This document shows, piece after piece, positions 9,727 through 18,221 of a DNA stretch of 64,000 nt. Numbering within the stretch: position 1 is the first letter of the stretch; every line of letters starts with the position of its first letter. Position numbers and translations under genes: made by a program. The stretch comes from an uncultured Chloroflexota bacterium (GTDB lineage Bacteria; Chloroflexota; Dehalococcoidia; UBA2979), in assembly GCA_913051185.1 (NCBI GenBank), contig CAJXBM010000002.1:1166-65165 (forward strand), written 5' to 3'. A model generated the notes under the pieces. It was not told where the DNA came from, did not search any database, and worked only from the letters and a program-made list of their open reading frames with translations.

Positions 9727-11139
9727 TTGGATCCATATACATCATCCTCATACAGAGACAAAAAGGTTGCCGTCATCGGATTAGGTATTGAAGGTCTTGA
9801 TCTTGCGGAATTCCTGCTGAAAGAGGGAGCCGTCGTCACTCTTTCAGATAAAAAACCTTTCCACGAAATTGAGCCGTTAATCACGACTCTAGAACGCCAA
9901 TTCCCTACTGCTCAAATTCAGTATGCGAATCCGGAAAGCCTTATACAGGATCTCAATACTTACAAAGGCGTATTTGTCTCCCAAGGAATACCAGAAAATA
10001 ATCCGATTCTAACCAAAGCAAGTGATTTAGATATTCATATTTCCTCTATGCTTGAGCTTTTTATGTCACGATGCCCCGCACCGATCGTAGGTATAACGGG
10101 TTCGTCCGGAAAGACTACTACTACTGCGCTAGTCGCCGCGATACTTGAGGCAGCAAATGAGGACTTTATTGTTGGAGGCAATATAGGGAAGGGATTACTC
10201 ACACAACTAGGTGATATAAAGCACTCGACAAAAGTCATTGTAGAAATGTCGCACACTCAATTACTCAGGGTAACAAGATCTCCTGAAATAGCATGTGTCA
10301 CAAACGTCACCCCAAATCATTTGGATCAATTCAGCTGGAAAGACTATATCGATTTAAAAAGGAATATTATTCGCTGGCAGAGACCTGAGGATAATTTTGT
10401 GGCCCAAATTGATAACCCAATCGTTCGCGAATTCGTGATCGAAGCAACTGGAAAGGTTCTTGAAACTTCCACGCAAACCGATCCAAGTTCAATTACATTC
10501 CCAAAGGTATTTCTGTCATCCAATTTTTTAAAATATGCCAATGATATTACCGAAGAGGTCACGATATGCGACGTAGAAAAACTGAAGATACCCGGATCAC
10601 ACAATGTTCAAAATGTAGCATGTGCAGCGGCGATTAGCATTTTGCTTGAAATTGATATCAGGCATATCTCTTCAGCACTCATGAGTTTTTCTGGAGTAGA
10701 ACATCGACTTGAGAAAATAAACAAGGTAAACAACATTTCCTTTATAAATGACTCAATTGCCACCACACCAGACAGAACACTCGTCGGTCTAAAATCAATT
10801 AATACGCGGACTATTCTGCTGATGGGGGGCAGAGATAAAAAACTTCCCTTTGACAAGTTATTGCCTGAAATTGCCAAGAAATGCAGAGATGTCATCACTT
10901 TTGGAGAGTCAAGTCAACTCTTTAAGGATAGAATTATTCTACCGGGCGTCAAAGTACATGAGCGTAAATCACTTGGTGATGCCTTCGAATTAGCAGTGAA
11001 ACTAGGTACGCCTGGGGACTGCATTCTTTTATCACCTGGAGGAACCTCGTTTGATCAATACCGAACCTTTGAAGAACGAGGTACTGAGTTCAAAAAACTT
11101 GTCGACGCCCTAGAGGATGAGCCAGTTACATGCGCCTAA
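9727..11139 (+). CDS. murD: UDP-N-acetylmuramoylalanine--D-glutamate ligase
   Basis: 470 aa with a TTG start. N-terminal Rossmann motif KVAVIGLGIEG, P-loop ITGSSGKTTTT, and C-terminal LLSPGGTSFDQY. Confidence 0.9.
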   Translation: MDPYTSSSYRDKKVAVIGLGIEGLDLAEFLLKEGAVVTLSDKKPFHEIEPLITTLERQFPTAQIQYANPESLIQDLNTYKGVFVSQGIPENNPILTKASDLDIHISSMLELFMSRCPAPIVGITGSSGKTTTTALVAAILEAANEDFIVGGNIGKGLLTQLGDIKHSTKVIVEMSHTQLLRVTRSPEIACVTNVTPNHLDQFSWKDYIDLKRNIIRWQRPEDNFVAQIDNPIVREFVIEATGKVLETSTQTDPSSITFPKVFLSSNFLKYANDITEEVTICDVEKLKIPGSHNVQNVACAAAISILLEIDIRHISSALMSFSGVEHRLEKINKVNNISFINDSIATTPDRTLVGLKSINTRTILLMGGRDKKLPFDKLLPEIAKKCRDVITFGESSQLFKDRIILPGVKVHERKSLGDAFELAVKLGTPGDCILLSPGGTSFDQYRTFEERGTEFKKLVDALEDEPVTCA

Positions 11140-12335
11140 GTGATAGGTTATTTGGAATTGGCAAAAAATCGATCGCCCGCTCTGAGATCATCATAAGCCA
11201 AAGGGACAGACACTCTCCAGATTATCTACTCTTCTGTATCACCAGTCTTTTAACAATAATCGGCCTAGTTGCAATCACTTCAACGGCAACTCTAGATTCT
11301 AATTTGAACACGCTTTCTGGTTTTGGTCGAAGACATGCGATGATGCTGGCAATTGGATTTGTGTTTCTACTAATTTTTCAAGCGTTGGATTATCGCCAAC
11401 TCGCAAGATGGAGTCCCATTGCGGTAGGCCTGGCACTTTTACTTCTCTCATTACTTTTCGTGCCAAACTTAGGAATTGAAGTCAACGGCGCAAGATCTTG
11501 GTTGAGTCTGCCGTTTCTTCCGGCAATCCAACCCTCGGAATTTGCCAAGCTAGCTTCAATTATTTACTTGGCAGCATGGTTAACAGCGAAAGGAAATACT
11601 ATTCGCAGCATAGAAACAGGAATAATTCCTTTCATGCTCATCGTAGGGATCATACTCGGACTCATCATACCTCAGCCCGACATAGGTACGGCCTTCATTC
11701 TAGCTTCCATAATAGGCTGCATGTTTTTCACCGCGAACACTACGAAAATAATTCATATCTTTCTATTGGCAATATCTGGAACGGTTGTTGCGGGTTTATT
11801 AATCCTCAGTGCACCATATCGATGGCAGCGAATACTAGCCTTTATTTCATCCGATTCTGACCCTCAGGGAATCGGCTATCACACTATACAGCTAGCAAAT
11901 GCATTCGGATCTGGAGGACTAATTGGTCAAGGCCTAGGACTCTCTCGGCAGAAATTTTATTATCTTCCCGCTGCCAAAACTGATGGCATTATCGCGGTGA
12001 TCGGAGAAGAGACTGGTTTCGTTGGTAGCATGATAGTGGTATTGCTACTCTCCGCTTTACTTTGGAGAGGCTGGCTCCTTGTAAAAAACGCGCCTGATAT
12101 GTTTGGTTCACTTGTGGCAACAGGAATCTGTAGCTGGATTGCTATTCAGAGCGGTATCAATATCGCTGGTGCCACCAACCTGATACCGCTGACGGGTGTT
12201 CCACTCCCACTAATATCGTATGGAGGCTCATCGCTGATATCCATACTCGCAGGAATAGGTATTCTAATGTCGATTAGTCGGTACACTGTGCTGCATGAAT
12301 CCAACAATACAAATGAGAAAAGAATTATCGCATAA
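11130..12335 (+). CDS. ftsW: SEDS-family peptidoglycan polymerase FtsW
   Basis: 401 aa with about 10 TM helices. QPSEFAKL, PDIGTA and LPLISYGGSS motifs of the FtsW/RodA family. dcw context. Confidence 0.9.
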   Translation: MRLSDRLFGIGKKSIARSEIIISQRDRHSPDYLLFCITSLLTIIGLVAITSTATLDSNLNTLSGFGRRHAMMLAIGFVFLLIFQALDYRQLARWSPIAVGLALLLLSLLFVPNLGIEVNGARSWLSLPFLPAIQPSEFAKLASIIYLAAWLTAKGNTIRSIETGIIPFMLIVGIILGLIIPQPDIGTAFILASIIGCMFFTANTTKIIHIFLLAISGTVVAGLLILSAPYRWQRILAFISSDSDPQGIGYHTIQLANAFGSGGLIGQGLGLSRQKFYYLPAAKTDGIIAVIGEETGFVGSMIVVLLLSALLWRGWLLVKNAPDMFGSLVATGICSWIAIQSGINIAGATNLIPLTGVPLPLISYGGSSLISILAGIGILMSISRYTVLHESNNTNEKRIIA

Positions 12336-15004
12336 TGGCAACAAAAGACATCAAGTCAAGCATGAAGCCTCCACTATTCGAGCTAAATGAATCTTCCGAA
12401 TTAGCCCATCTCGGCCAGAATAAAAAAAATGAGGACATAGCAAATATTATCCATATTGGATTGGCTGGTGGAGGAACTGGTGGGCATGTCTACCCAGCTC
12501 TTGCCATAAAGGAAAGACTAAGTCGGTTCGATACCGAAGCCGAACTGCGCTTCACATATTTCGGATCTACTGAAGGAAAAGAAGCAAAAATCATAGCTGA
12601 CGAAGATATTAACTTCATCGCAGTCGAATCGGCCGCTGTTAGAACGAAGTCTCCCTATCACTTCATGAAGGGGATATATATGCTGTGGAAAGGAACACAA
12701 TCAGCGCTCCAACATCTCCGCGAAGAATCAATAGATGTGATATTTGCGACCGGAGGTTATGCTTCGGCTCCAATATGTCGAGCTGCCACGAAACTAGGTA
12801 TCCCCATTATTCTTTTTTTACCGGACGTAGTACCAGGTTGGGCTGTCAAATTTATCTCCAAAGATGCAAATCTAATTCTTTGCTCAAATAAAAAATCATT
12901 GGACTACCTTGACTCAACCAAATCAATCGAAACAGGATATCCCGTGCGATCAGTTTTTCAAGAGAAATTTAACGGAGAGCGAAACTTCATAAGAAGTGGC
13001 GCAAGAGAATCACTCGGATTGAGCAATGATCACCCCACCGTTTTGATTGCAGGAGGTTCAATAGGCTCTCGACTCATTAATGACCAAATTCTACGCACTC
13101 TTCCAGAAGTCCTAGATGTTGCAAATGTGATCCATGTCACTGGCGATAGGGACTACGGCCGAGTCATCAAAGAAACAAAATCCCTAGCTGAGACACATGC
13201 TGAGAAATATCTTGTTTTTGATTACAGTGATGAAATGGAAGTGTTAATGGCTGCCGCAGATATAGGAATTTTCAGAGGTGGTGCCTCGGTTGTTGGGGAG
13301 GCATCTATCGCAAGCCTCCCCAGTATCATTATTCCGGGCTCATTTTCAGATCAATCTGCAAACGCAGAAATCCTTAGAACGGCAGGAGCATCGATCGTCT
13401 TGGCCGAAAAGGATCTTGAGAAATTAGGTGAAACCATTGTCCACCTTATTTCGCATCCAAGTGAACTCAGTCGCATGACTGAAAATGTTTCTGCCCTCAG
13501 TCGGCCATACGCTGCAGAACAAATCAGTTCAATCATATTGAAAGCCGCGACACGAAATTCCCCCGAATTACCGGTAAATATTCATCTGATAGGAGCTGGA
13601 GGGATACATCTTTCTGGAATCGGAGAAATACTTTTACAGAATGGACACAAGGTCACCGGCTCAGACCTCGTTGAGAGTGACATAACAAAAAAATTAGCAA
13701 AAAGAGGCGCCAAGATACACATCGGACATTCTGAAAGAAATATTGATCACCCTGATCTAGTCGTCACGACCGCTGCTGCAAAAACTGATAATCCCGAATT
13801 ACAAGCAGCTCGAGAGAAAGGAATCCCAATTGTTTCACGCGCTGAAATGGTCAGTCGCTTAATTTCAGATCGACGCCTACTGGCAGTGGCCGGCTCCCAC
13901 GGCAAAACTACGACTTCTTCATTGGCAGCTCTGATGGCTCAAAAGGCCGGACTGGACCCAATTGCATTGATTGGCGGAAATATCCCTGATCTGAATAACT
14001 CAAATGTATTGAATGGTCGCGGTCAGACGGCAATTGTTGAAGCTGATGAGTATGCGGATGCGTTCCTTTCCTACAAACCTTCAATAGCGGTAATCACAAA
14101 TATCGATCCTGATCACCTAGATTATTTTGGTACCGAACAAATATTCTATGAATCCTTTAAAAAATTCACCTCACAAATAGTGAGAGGTGGTGTTCTTGTT
14201 GTTTGTGCGGACGACGAGGGCGCCATGACTATTACAGAGAATAGTCCACGTGATAACCTGCAAGTCGAAACCTACTCAGTCTATCCAAAAGGGGGAGACT
14301 GGTATGCCGATAAGATCGAATACAGAGAAGATATAACTAGGTTTGATGTGTACTTCAAAACACAAAAACTCGGTTCAGTGTCTATAAAACTCGTCGGCCA
14401 ACACAATATTTCAAATTTCCTGGCTGCTCTGGCTGCCAGCATGCATGCCGGCGTAGATTTTATGACCGCGTCACAGGCGGCTCATACATTCCGAGGAGCC
14501 AGACGGAGGTTTGAATTAGTCGGTGAGATTACATTTCAGCATAATCTCGAAAACATTAAAAAGCTTCCGATATCTGTTATTGATGATTATGCTCATCATC
14601 CAACAGAAATAAGGGCCACCATCCGTGCTGCAAAAAATAGATACCCCGACCGCCGAATTATTGCTTGTTTTCAGCCTCACACTTTTTCTAGGACAAAATA
14701 TCTTTTGAATGAGTTTAGAAATTGCTTTGAGGGAATTGATTCACTGCTACTACTGAAAACATTCGCAGCACGAGAAGATGCCGTAGATGGCCTATCCGCC
14801 AAAGACTTAGTTGATCTTATCGAAAATATTGAAGTTGCATATGTAGATTCAATTGATGACGCAGTGCAGGCTGCCGTCCAAAAAATTAAGCCTGGAGATA
14901 TTTTTATAAGTATCGGTGCAGGTGATGTTACAAAAGTCCCATGGCTATTGCTACCAGAATTGCAAAAAGTAACCTGGGATCGAGCTCTTGGCAACACTAC
15001 ATAG
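12335..15004 (+). CDS. bifunctional MurG (undecaprenyl-PP-MurNAc-pentapeptide GlcNAc transferase) / MurC (UDP-MurNAc--L-alanine ligase) fusion
   Basis: Single 889-codon frame. Residues ~38-405 carry MurG motifs (GLAGGGTGGHVYPALA, IAGGSIGS). From ~aa 413 (nt ~13571) come MurC motifs (IHLIGAGGIHLSGIGEIL, P-loop AGSHGKTTTSS, DDYAHHPTEI). There is no stop or alternative start at the junction. Confidence 0.85.
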   Translation: MATKDIKSSMKPPLFELNESSELAHLGQNKKNEDIANIIHIGLAGGGTGGHVYPALAIKERLSRFDTEAELRFTYFGSTEGKEAKIIADEDINFIAVESAAVRTKSPYHFMKGIYMLWKGTQSALQHLREESIDVIFATGGYASAPICRAATKLGIPIILFLPDVVPGWAVKFISKDANLILCSNKKSLDYLDSTKSIETGYPVRSVFQEKFNGERNFIRSGARESLGLSNDHPTVLIAGGSIGSRLINDQILRTLPEVLDVANVIHVTGDRDYGRVIKETKSLAETHAEKYLVFDYSDEMEVLMAAADIGIFRGGASVVGEASIASLPSIIIPGSFSDQSANAEILRTAGASIVLAEKDLEKLGETIVHLISHPSELSRMTENVSALSRPYAAEQISSIILKAATRNSPELPVNIHLIGAGGIHLSGIGEILLQNGHKVTGSDLVESDITKKLAKRGAKIHIGHSERNIDHPDLVVTTAAAKTDNPELQAAREKGIPIVSRAEMVSRLISDRRLLAVAGSHGKTTTSSLAALMAQKAGLDPIALIGGNIPDLNNSNVLNGRGQTAIVEADEYADAFLSYKPSIAVITNIDPDHLDYFGTEQIFYESFKKFTSQIVRGGVLVVCADDEGAMTITENSPRDNLQVETYSVYPKGGDWYADKIEYREDITRFDVYFKTQKLGSVSIKLVGQHNISNFLAALAASMHAGVDFMTASQAAHTFRGARRRFELVGEITFQHNLENIKKLPISVIDDYAHHPTEIRATIRAAKNRYPDRRIIACFQPHTFSRTKYLLNEFRNCFEGIDSLLLLKTFAAREDAVDGLSAKDLVDLIENIEVAYVDSIDDAVQAAVQKIKPGDIFISIGAGDVTKVPWLLLPELQKVTWDRALGNTT

Positions 15005-15085
15005 CGACACATAACTAGACATTCATAAAGAGCGGAAGTATCCTTATGGAAGAGGGACGCGACGCCTAGTTTATGGGGCGTAATT

Positions 15086-16156
15086 TTGCTACGCGTTGGC
15101 CTAATATTTGGTGGTAATTCTCCGGAACATCGGGTGTCGGTGGCGTCGGCGCTTAGCATCATCAACCAACACAACTCTTCAGATATCTTGCTAGATGTTT
15201 TTGGCGTGAGCGAAGGTGGTGCATGGTTAAGCCCGGAGGAAACACGGTCTAGATTAGAGAAGGTTCAAAAATCAGGTTGGGGTAGTCTCGGCACTGACAC
15301 GGAACCAACAATCTTCCACAACTCCGACGTCATCAACGGGCTCGAAAAGTGTGACGTAATTTTCCCCATAATCCATGGAAATTCCGGTGAAGATGGGACC
15401 TTACAGGGTCTACTTTGGTTCCTTGGAAAGCCCTACGTGGGCTCTGGTGTATCTGCAAGCGCGGCTGGGATGAATAAGGCAACTATGCGAGCACTTTTCG
15501 CGGCGCATGATATTTCGCAGACAAAGTACTTAACCATCGATTATGTGGACAGCTCAGCTGAATTGAAACTTAGAATTAATGAAATCGAATCGACGCTTGC
15601 CTATCCTCTCTTTGTGAAGCCAGCATCTGCAGGATCTTCAATAGGTGTAAGCAAGACACATAATTCTGAAGAACTCCTAGACGGCTTGATAAATGCTCTG
15701 GAATACGATTCGCAACTACTAGTGGAAGAAACATTGACAGGTAGAGAGCTGGAATGTGGAGTAATCGAGCTTAGTAGCCTAAGCGCAACGCCACTCGGCG
15801 AAGTACGAACTACGAACGAATTCTACGATTACTCAAGCAAATATATGGACGAGTCAACCACAATTATTGTTCCCGCCCTAGTCGAAAAAGAAATACAGCA
15901 ACAAATACAAACCATGGCTATGCAAGCATTCCGTGCAGTCGGAGCAAAAGGCTATGCGCGCGTCGACTTTTTTCTGAGCCACGACGACAAAATTAAATGT
16001 ATCGAGATAAACACCCACCCTGGATTTACTTCCAAATCGATGTTCCCAAAACTTTGTTCCGAATTTGGGCTTAATTATTCGGATTTAATTTCCGCTCTGG
16101 TTCAAACGGCCAGCCAAATAACTCCAAGGAGGAATTTTGAATCTATATCTCTCTAA
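15086..16156 (+). CDS. ddl: D-alanine--D-alanine ligase
   Basis: 356 aa with a TTG start. VGLIFGGNSPEHRVSV, HGNSGEDGTLQGLL and an ATP-grasp segment FVKPASAGSSIGV. Confidence 0.92.
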   Translation: MLRVGLIFGGNSPEHRVSVASALSIINQHNSSDILLDVFGVSEGGAWLSPEETRSRLEKVQKSGWGSLGTDTEPTIFHNSDVINGLEKCDVIFPIIHGNSGEDGTLQGLLWFLGKPYVGSGVSASAAGMNKATMRALFAAHDISQTKYLTIDYVDSSAELKLRINEIESTLAYPLFVKPASAGSSIGVSKTHNSEELLDGLINALEYDSQLLVEETLTGRELECGVIELSSLSATPLGEVRTTNEFYDYSSKYMDESTTIIVPALVEKEIQQQIQTMAMQAFRAVGAKGYARVDFFLSHDDKIKCIEINTHPGFTSKSMFPKLCSEFGLNYSDLISALVQTASQITPRRNFESISL

Positions 16157-16955
16157 AAAGTTATTCGTTGATTTACGAGCTTATGCTCGACTCGCCAAAG
16201 TATGGACTCCATCAAGTTCATCTATTACTAAAGGCTTGCTTCTGTTTTTTTTGGTCACGTCGGTACTACTGATAATCCGACCTGAAAATGAGCTAACTAA
16301 AAAAGTTAGTTATACGAAACAAGTAGATATCACCACAAAAAACCAAATCAATCAATTCCTTGGGTCAAGGAATATCATCTTTGACTTTCTTTTTGTGACG
16401 CAATTAAGCCAAGATATTAATCGACTTGAATTCGTACAGCACGCAAAAGTAACAAGAAATGAGTTATTGACGTTCGAGTTAGCCTTAACAGAATTTATAC
16501 CTCATGCCTACTGGCATACAGGAACCGCCCGAATCGCTGTTGATCTCCACGGAAATATACTGACTAATTTCACTCCAAAACAACGACCTGTGATAATCGA
16601 ACTGCAAGAAATATCGATCAACCACCTTCTAGCTTCACCAAATAGAGATGCATTATTAGCACTGAAACTAATCGAAGAAGAGCCCTTAGCTCAAGAATTA
16701 ATAGGTGAAAATGTTACATATGTCTTCACTAAAAGTGAGGGTCTTTCAGCGGAACTTCCGAATGGATCAATTGTTGTTATCGGTGATAGCACGAATATCG
16801 ATGAGAAATTAATTGCCTGGCGCATTTTCAAGACACAGATTGATGCTGCAGACCCCAAAAATCCAATTCATTTAGATCTTCGTTTCAAAAATCGGGCATT
16901 AATAAGTAATAACTTAACCACGTCTCTGACTGCCCAAAAAGTATTAAAGGACTGA
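16137..16955 (+). CDS. ftsQ: cell division protein FtsQ/DivIB-like
   Basis: 272 aa with a TTG start. A single TM helix (LLLFFLVTSVLLII) followed by a POTRA-like region. Sits between ddl and ftsA. The sequence is divergent, so the call rests mainly on position and topology. Confidence 0.65.
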   Translation: MNLYLSKKLFVDLRAYARLAKVWTPSSSSITKGLLLFFLVTSVLLIIRPENELTKKVSYTKQVDITTKNQINQFLGSRNIIFDFLFVTQLSQDINRLEFVQHAKVTRNELLTFELALTEFIPHAYWHTGTARIAVDLHGNILTNFTPKQRPVIIELQEISINHLLASPNRDALLALKLIEEEPLAQELIGENVTYVFTKSEGLSAELPNGSIVVIGDSTNIDEKLIAWRIFKTQIDAADPKNPIHLDLRFKNRALISNNLTTSLTAQKVLKD

Positions 16956-16964
16956 GAGTAAATT

Positions 16965-18221
16965 ATGTCAGGCAAATACTTTGCAATTACGACTCCTGAA
17001 TCGTCAAAAATAGTAACAATTGTTGGTGAGCTAGATGGGACAGGAATCAATATTCTGCATCACGCCATATCGGAAAGCACGTTCTTTAAGGCCGGTAAAA
17101 TACAAGAGGCCATCCCGGACGCTGTGCAAGCTATAAGACATACCCTGCCGGCCTGTGACTCCGATATCATAATCGAGAGCACGCACCTCGGGATAAGTGG
17201 AGCCTTATCAACTCAAGTAAACGCTCAAAACACAATAACAATTCCGCCCCATCGCCAAATAACACTAAAAGACAAACAGACAGTAGACAGCGCCGCGATA
17301 CCTGCATTAGATGCGTCTTTACCGGTCGGCTACGAACTTCTGGATTATGTACCACTGCACTATTACGTAGGCCCTGAGAAAAAGTTAGACCCCTTGGGAC
17401 ACCAAGGAGACAGCTTGACCGTTGCGGCCGTAGGAATAGCTGCCGATAAAAACTCAATGAATGTCATAGAAGAATGTCTTCATCGTGCTTCAGTTGCTAC
17501 GGTGCGCAGCATTCCTTTATCGACTGCAGCTGCTCACGCCACATTAATTAGTGATGAAAAGTATGAAGCGATGGCCGTGATAGATATCGGTCATTGTGTA
17601 ACTAATGTCTCTGTCTGTGTCGATGGAAAAATAATAGCTTCCAAATCTTTTTTGAGTGGTGGTGAATCTGTTACTCAAGATATTCGCGAAGTCTTCAACG
17701 CCAAGGACCCAGAGGAAGTTAAACACTCTTTTGGAAGTTGCGTACCATCGCTCGTGAAAAACGCTGAGTTAATACCGGTCAAAAAAACAAATGGCGAAAT
17801 TCATCTAGAATCTCAGTCTAAATTAGCTGCTGTAATTCAAGCCCGTGTAGAAATCGACATAATTGCCCCGATTCTCAAATATATTGACAAAGAAATTATC
17901 CCCCTAACAAAGTTGAGTGGCGGTATAGTATTAGTTGGGGGAACGGCTAGGTTAAAAAATATTGAAAACCTAACCAAGATGATTGCGGCGGACTTAGGAT
18001 GTCCTCATATTTTGATACAAAATCCCGCCGAAATTACCCCCCCTTACATCAATAATCTTCCTGACGAACTTAAGTCCCCGCGCTTTGCAGCGCCTCTGGG
18101 TGTCCTTTCTATTGCTTCAAGCTGGCTAGAAAATGAACCCGAACAAGTCAGCACAGTAGATGAATCACTCTCATTTGGAACAAGTGTGGCACGTGCGCTA
18201 GCAGGTGTTTTCGGAGCGTAA
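16965..18221 (+). CDS. ftsA: cell division protein FtsA (divergent; degenerate nucleotide-binding motifs)
   Basis: 418 aa with an actin-fold layout. Recognisable blocks are AVIDIGHCVTNVSV (the phosphate-2 position), GGIVLVGGTARLKNI (adenosine motif) and a C-terminal amphipathic tail SVARALAGVFGA. Lies immediately upstream of ftsZ. Confidence 0.8.
   Translation: MSGKYFAITTPESSKIVTIVGELDGTGINILHHAISESTFFKAGKIQEAIPDAVQAIRHTLPACDSDIIIESTHLGISGALSTQVNAQNTITIPPHRQITLKDKQTVDSAAIPALDASLPVGYELLDYVPLHYYVGPEKKLDPLGHQGDSLTVAAVGIAADKNSMNVIEECLHRASVATVRSIPLSTAAAHATLISDEKYEAMAVIDIGHCVTNVSVCVDGKIIASKSFLSGGESVTQDIREVFNAKDPEEVKHSFGSCVPSLVKNAELIPVKKTNGEIHLESQSKLAAVIQARVEIDIIAPILKYIDKEIIPLTKLSGGIVLVGGTARLKNIENLTKMIAADLGCPHILIQNPAEITPPYINNLPDELKSPRFAAPLGVLSIASSWLENEPEQVSTVDESLSFGTSVARALAGVFGA

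Noticed and set aside
15005-15035. dif-like sequence GCGACACATAACTAGACATTCATAAAGA after murC.
   Set aside because: Only the CATAA of the left arm matches known dif consensus sequences. The conserved TTATGT..AA right arm is absent.
15056-15067. GC-rich 12-mer GACGCGACGCCT shared between the murC-ddl spacer (15056-15067) and the rny leader (24847-24858), considered as a possible repeated regulatory element.
   Set aside because: A single shared 12-mer is within chance expectation for this amount of sequence. The flanks do not align.
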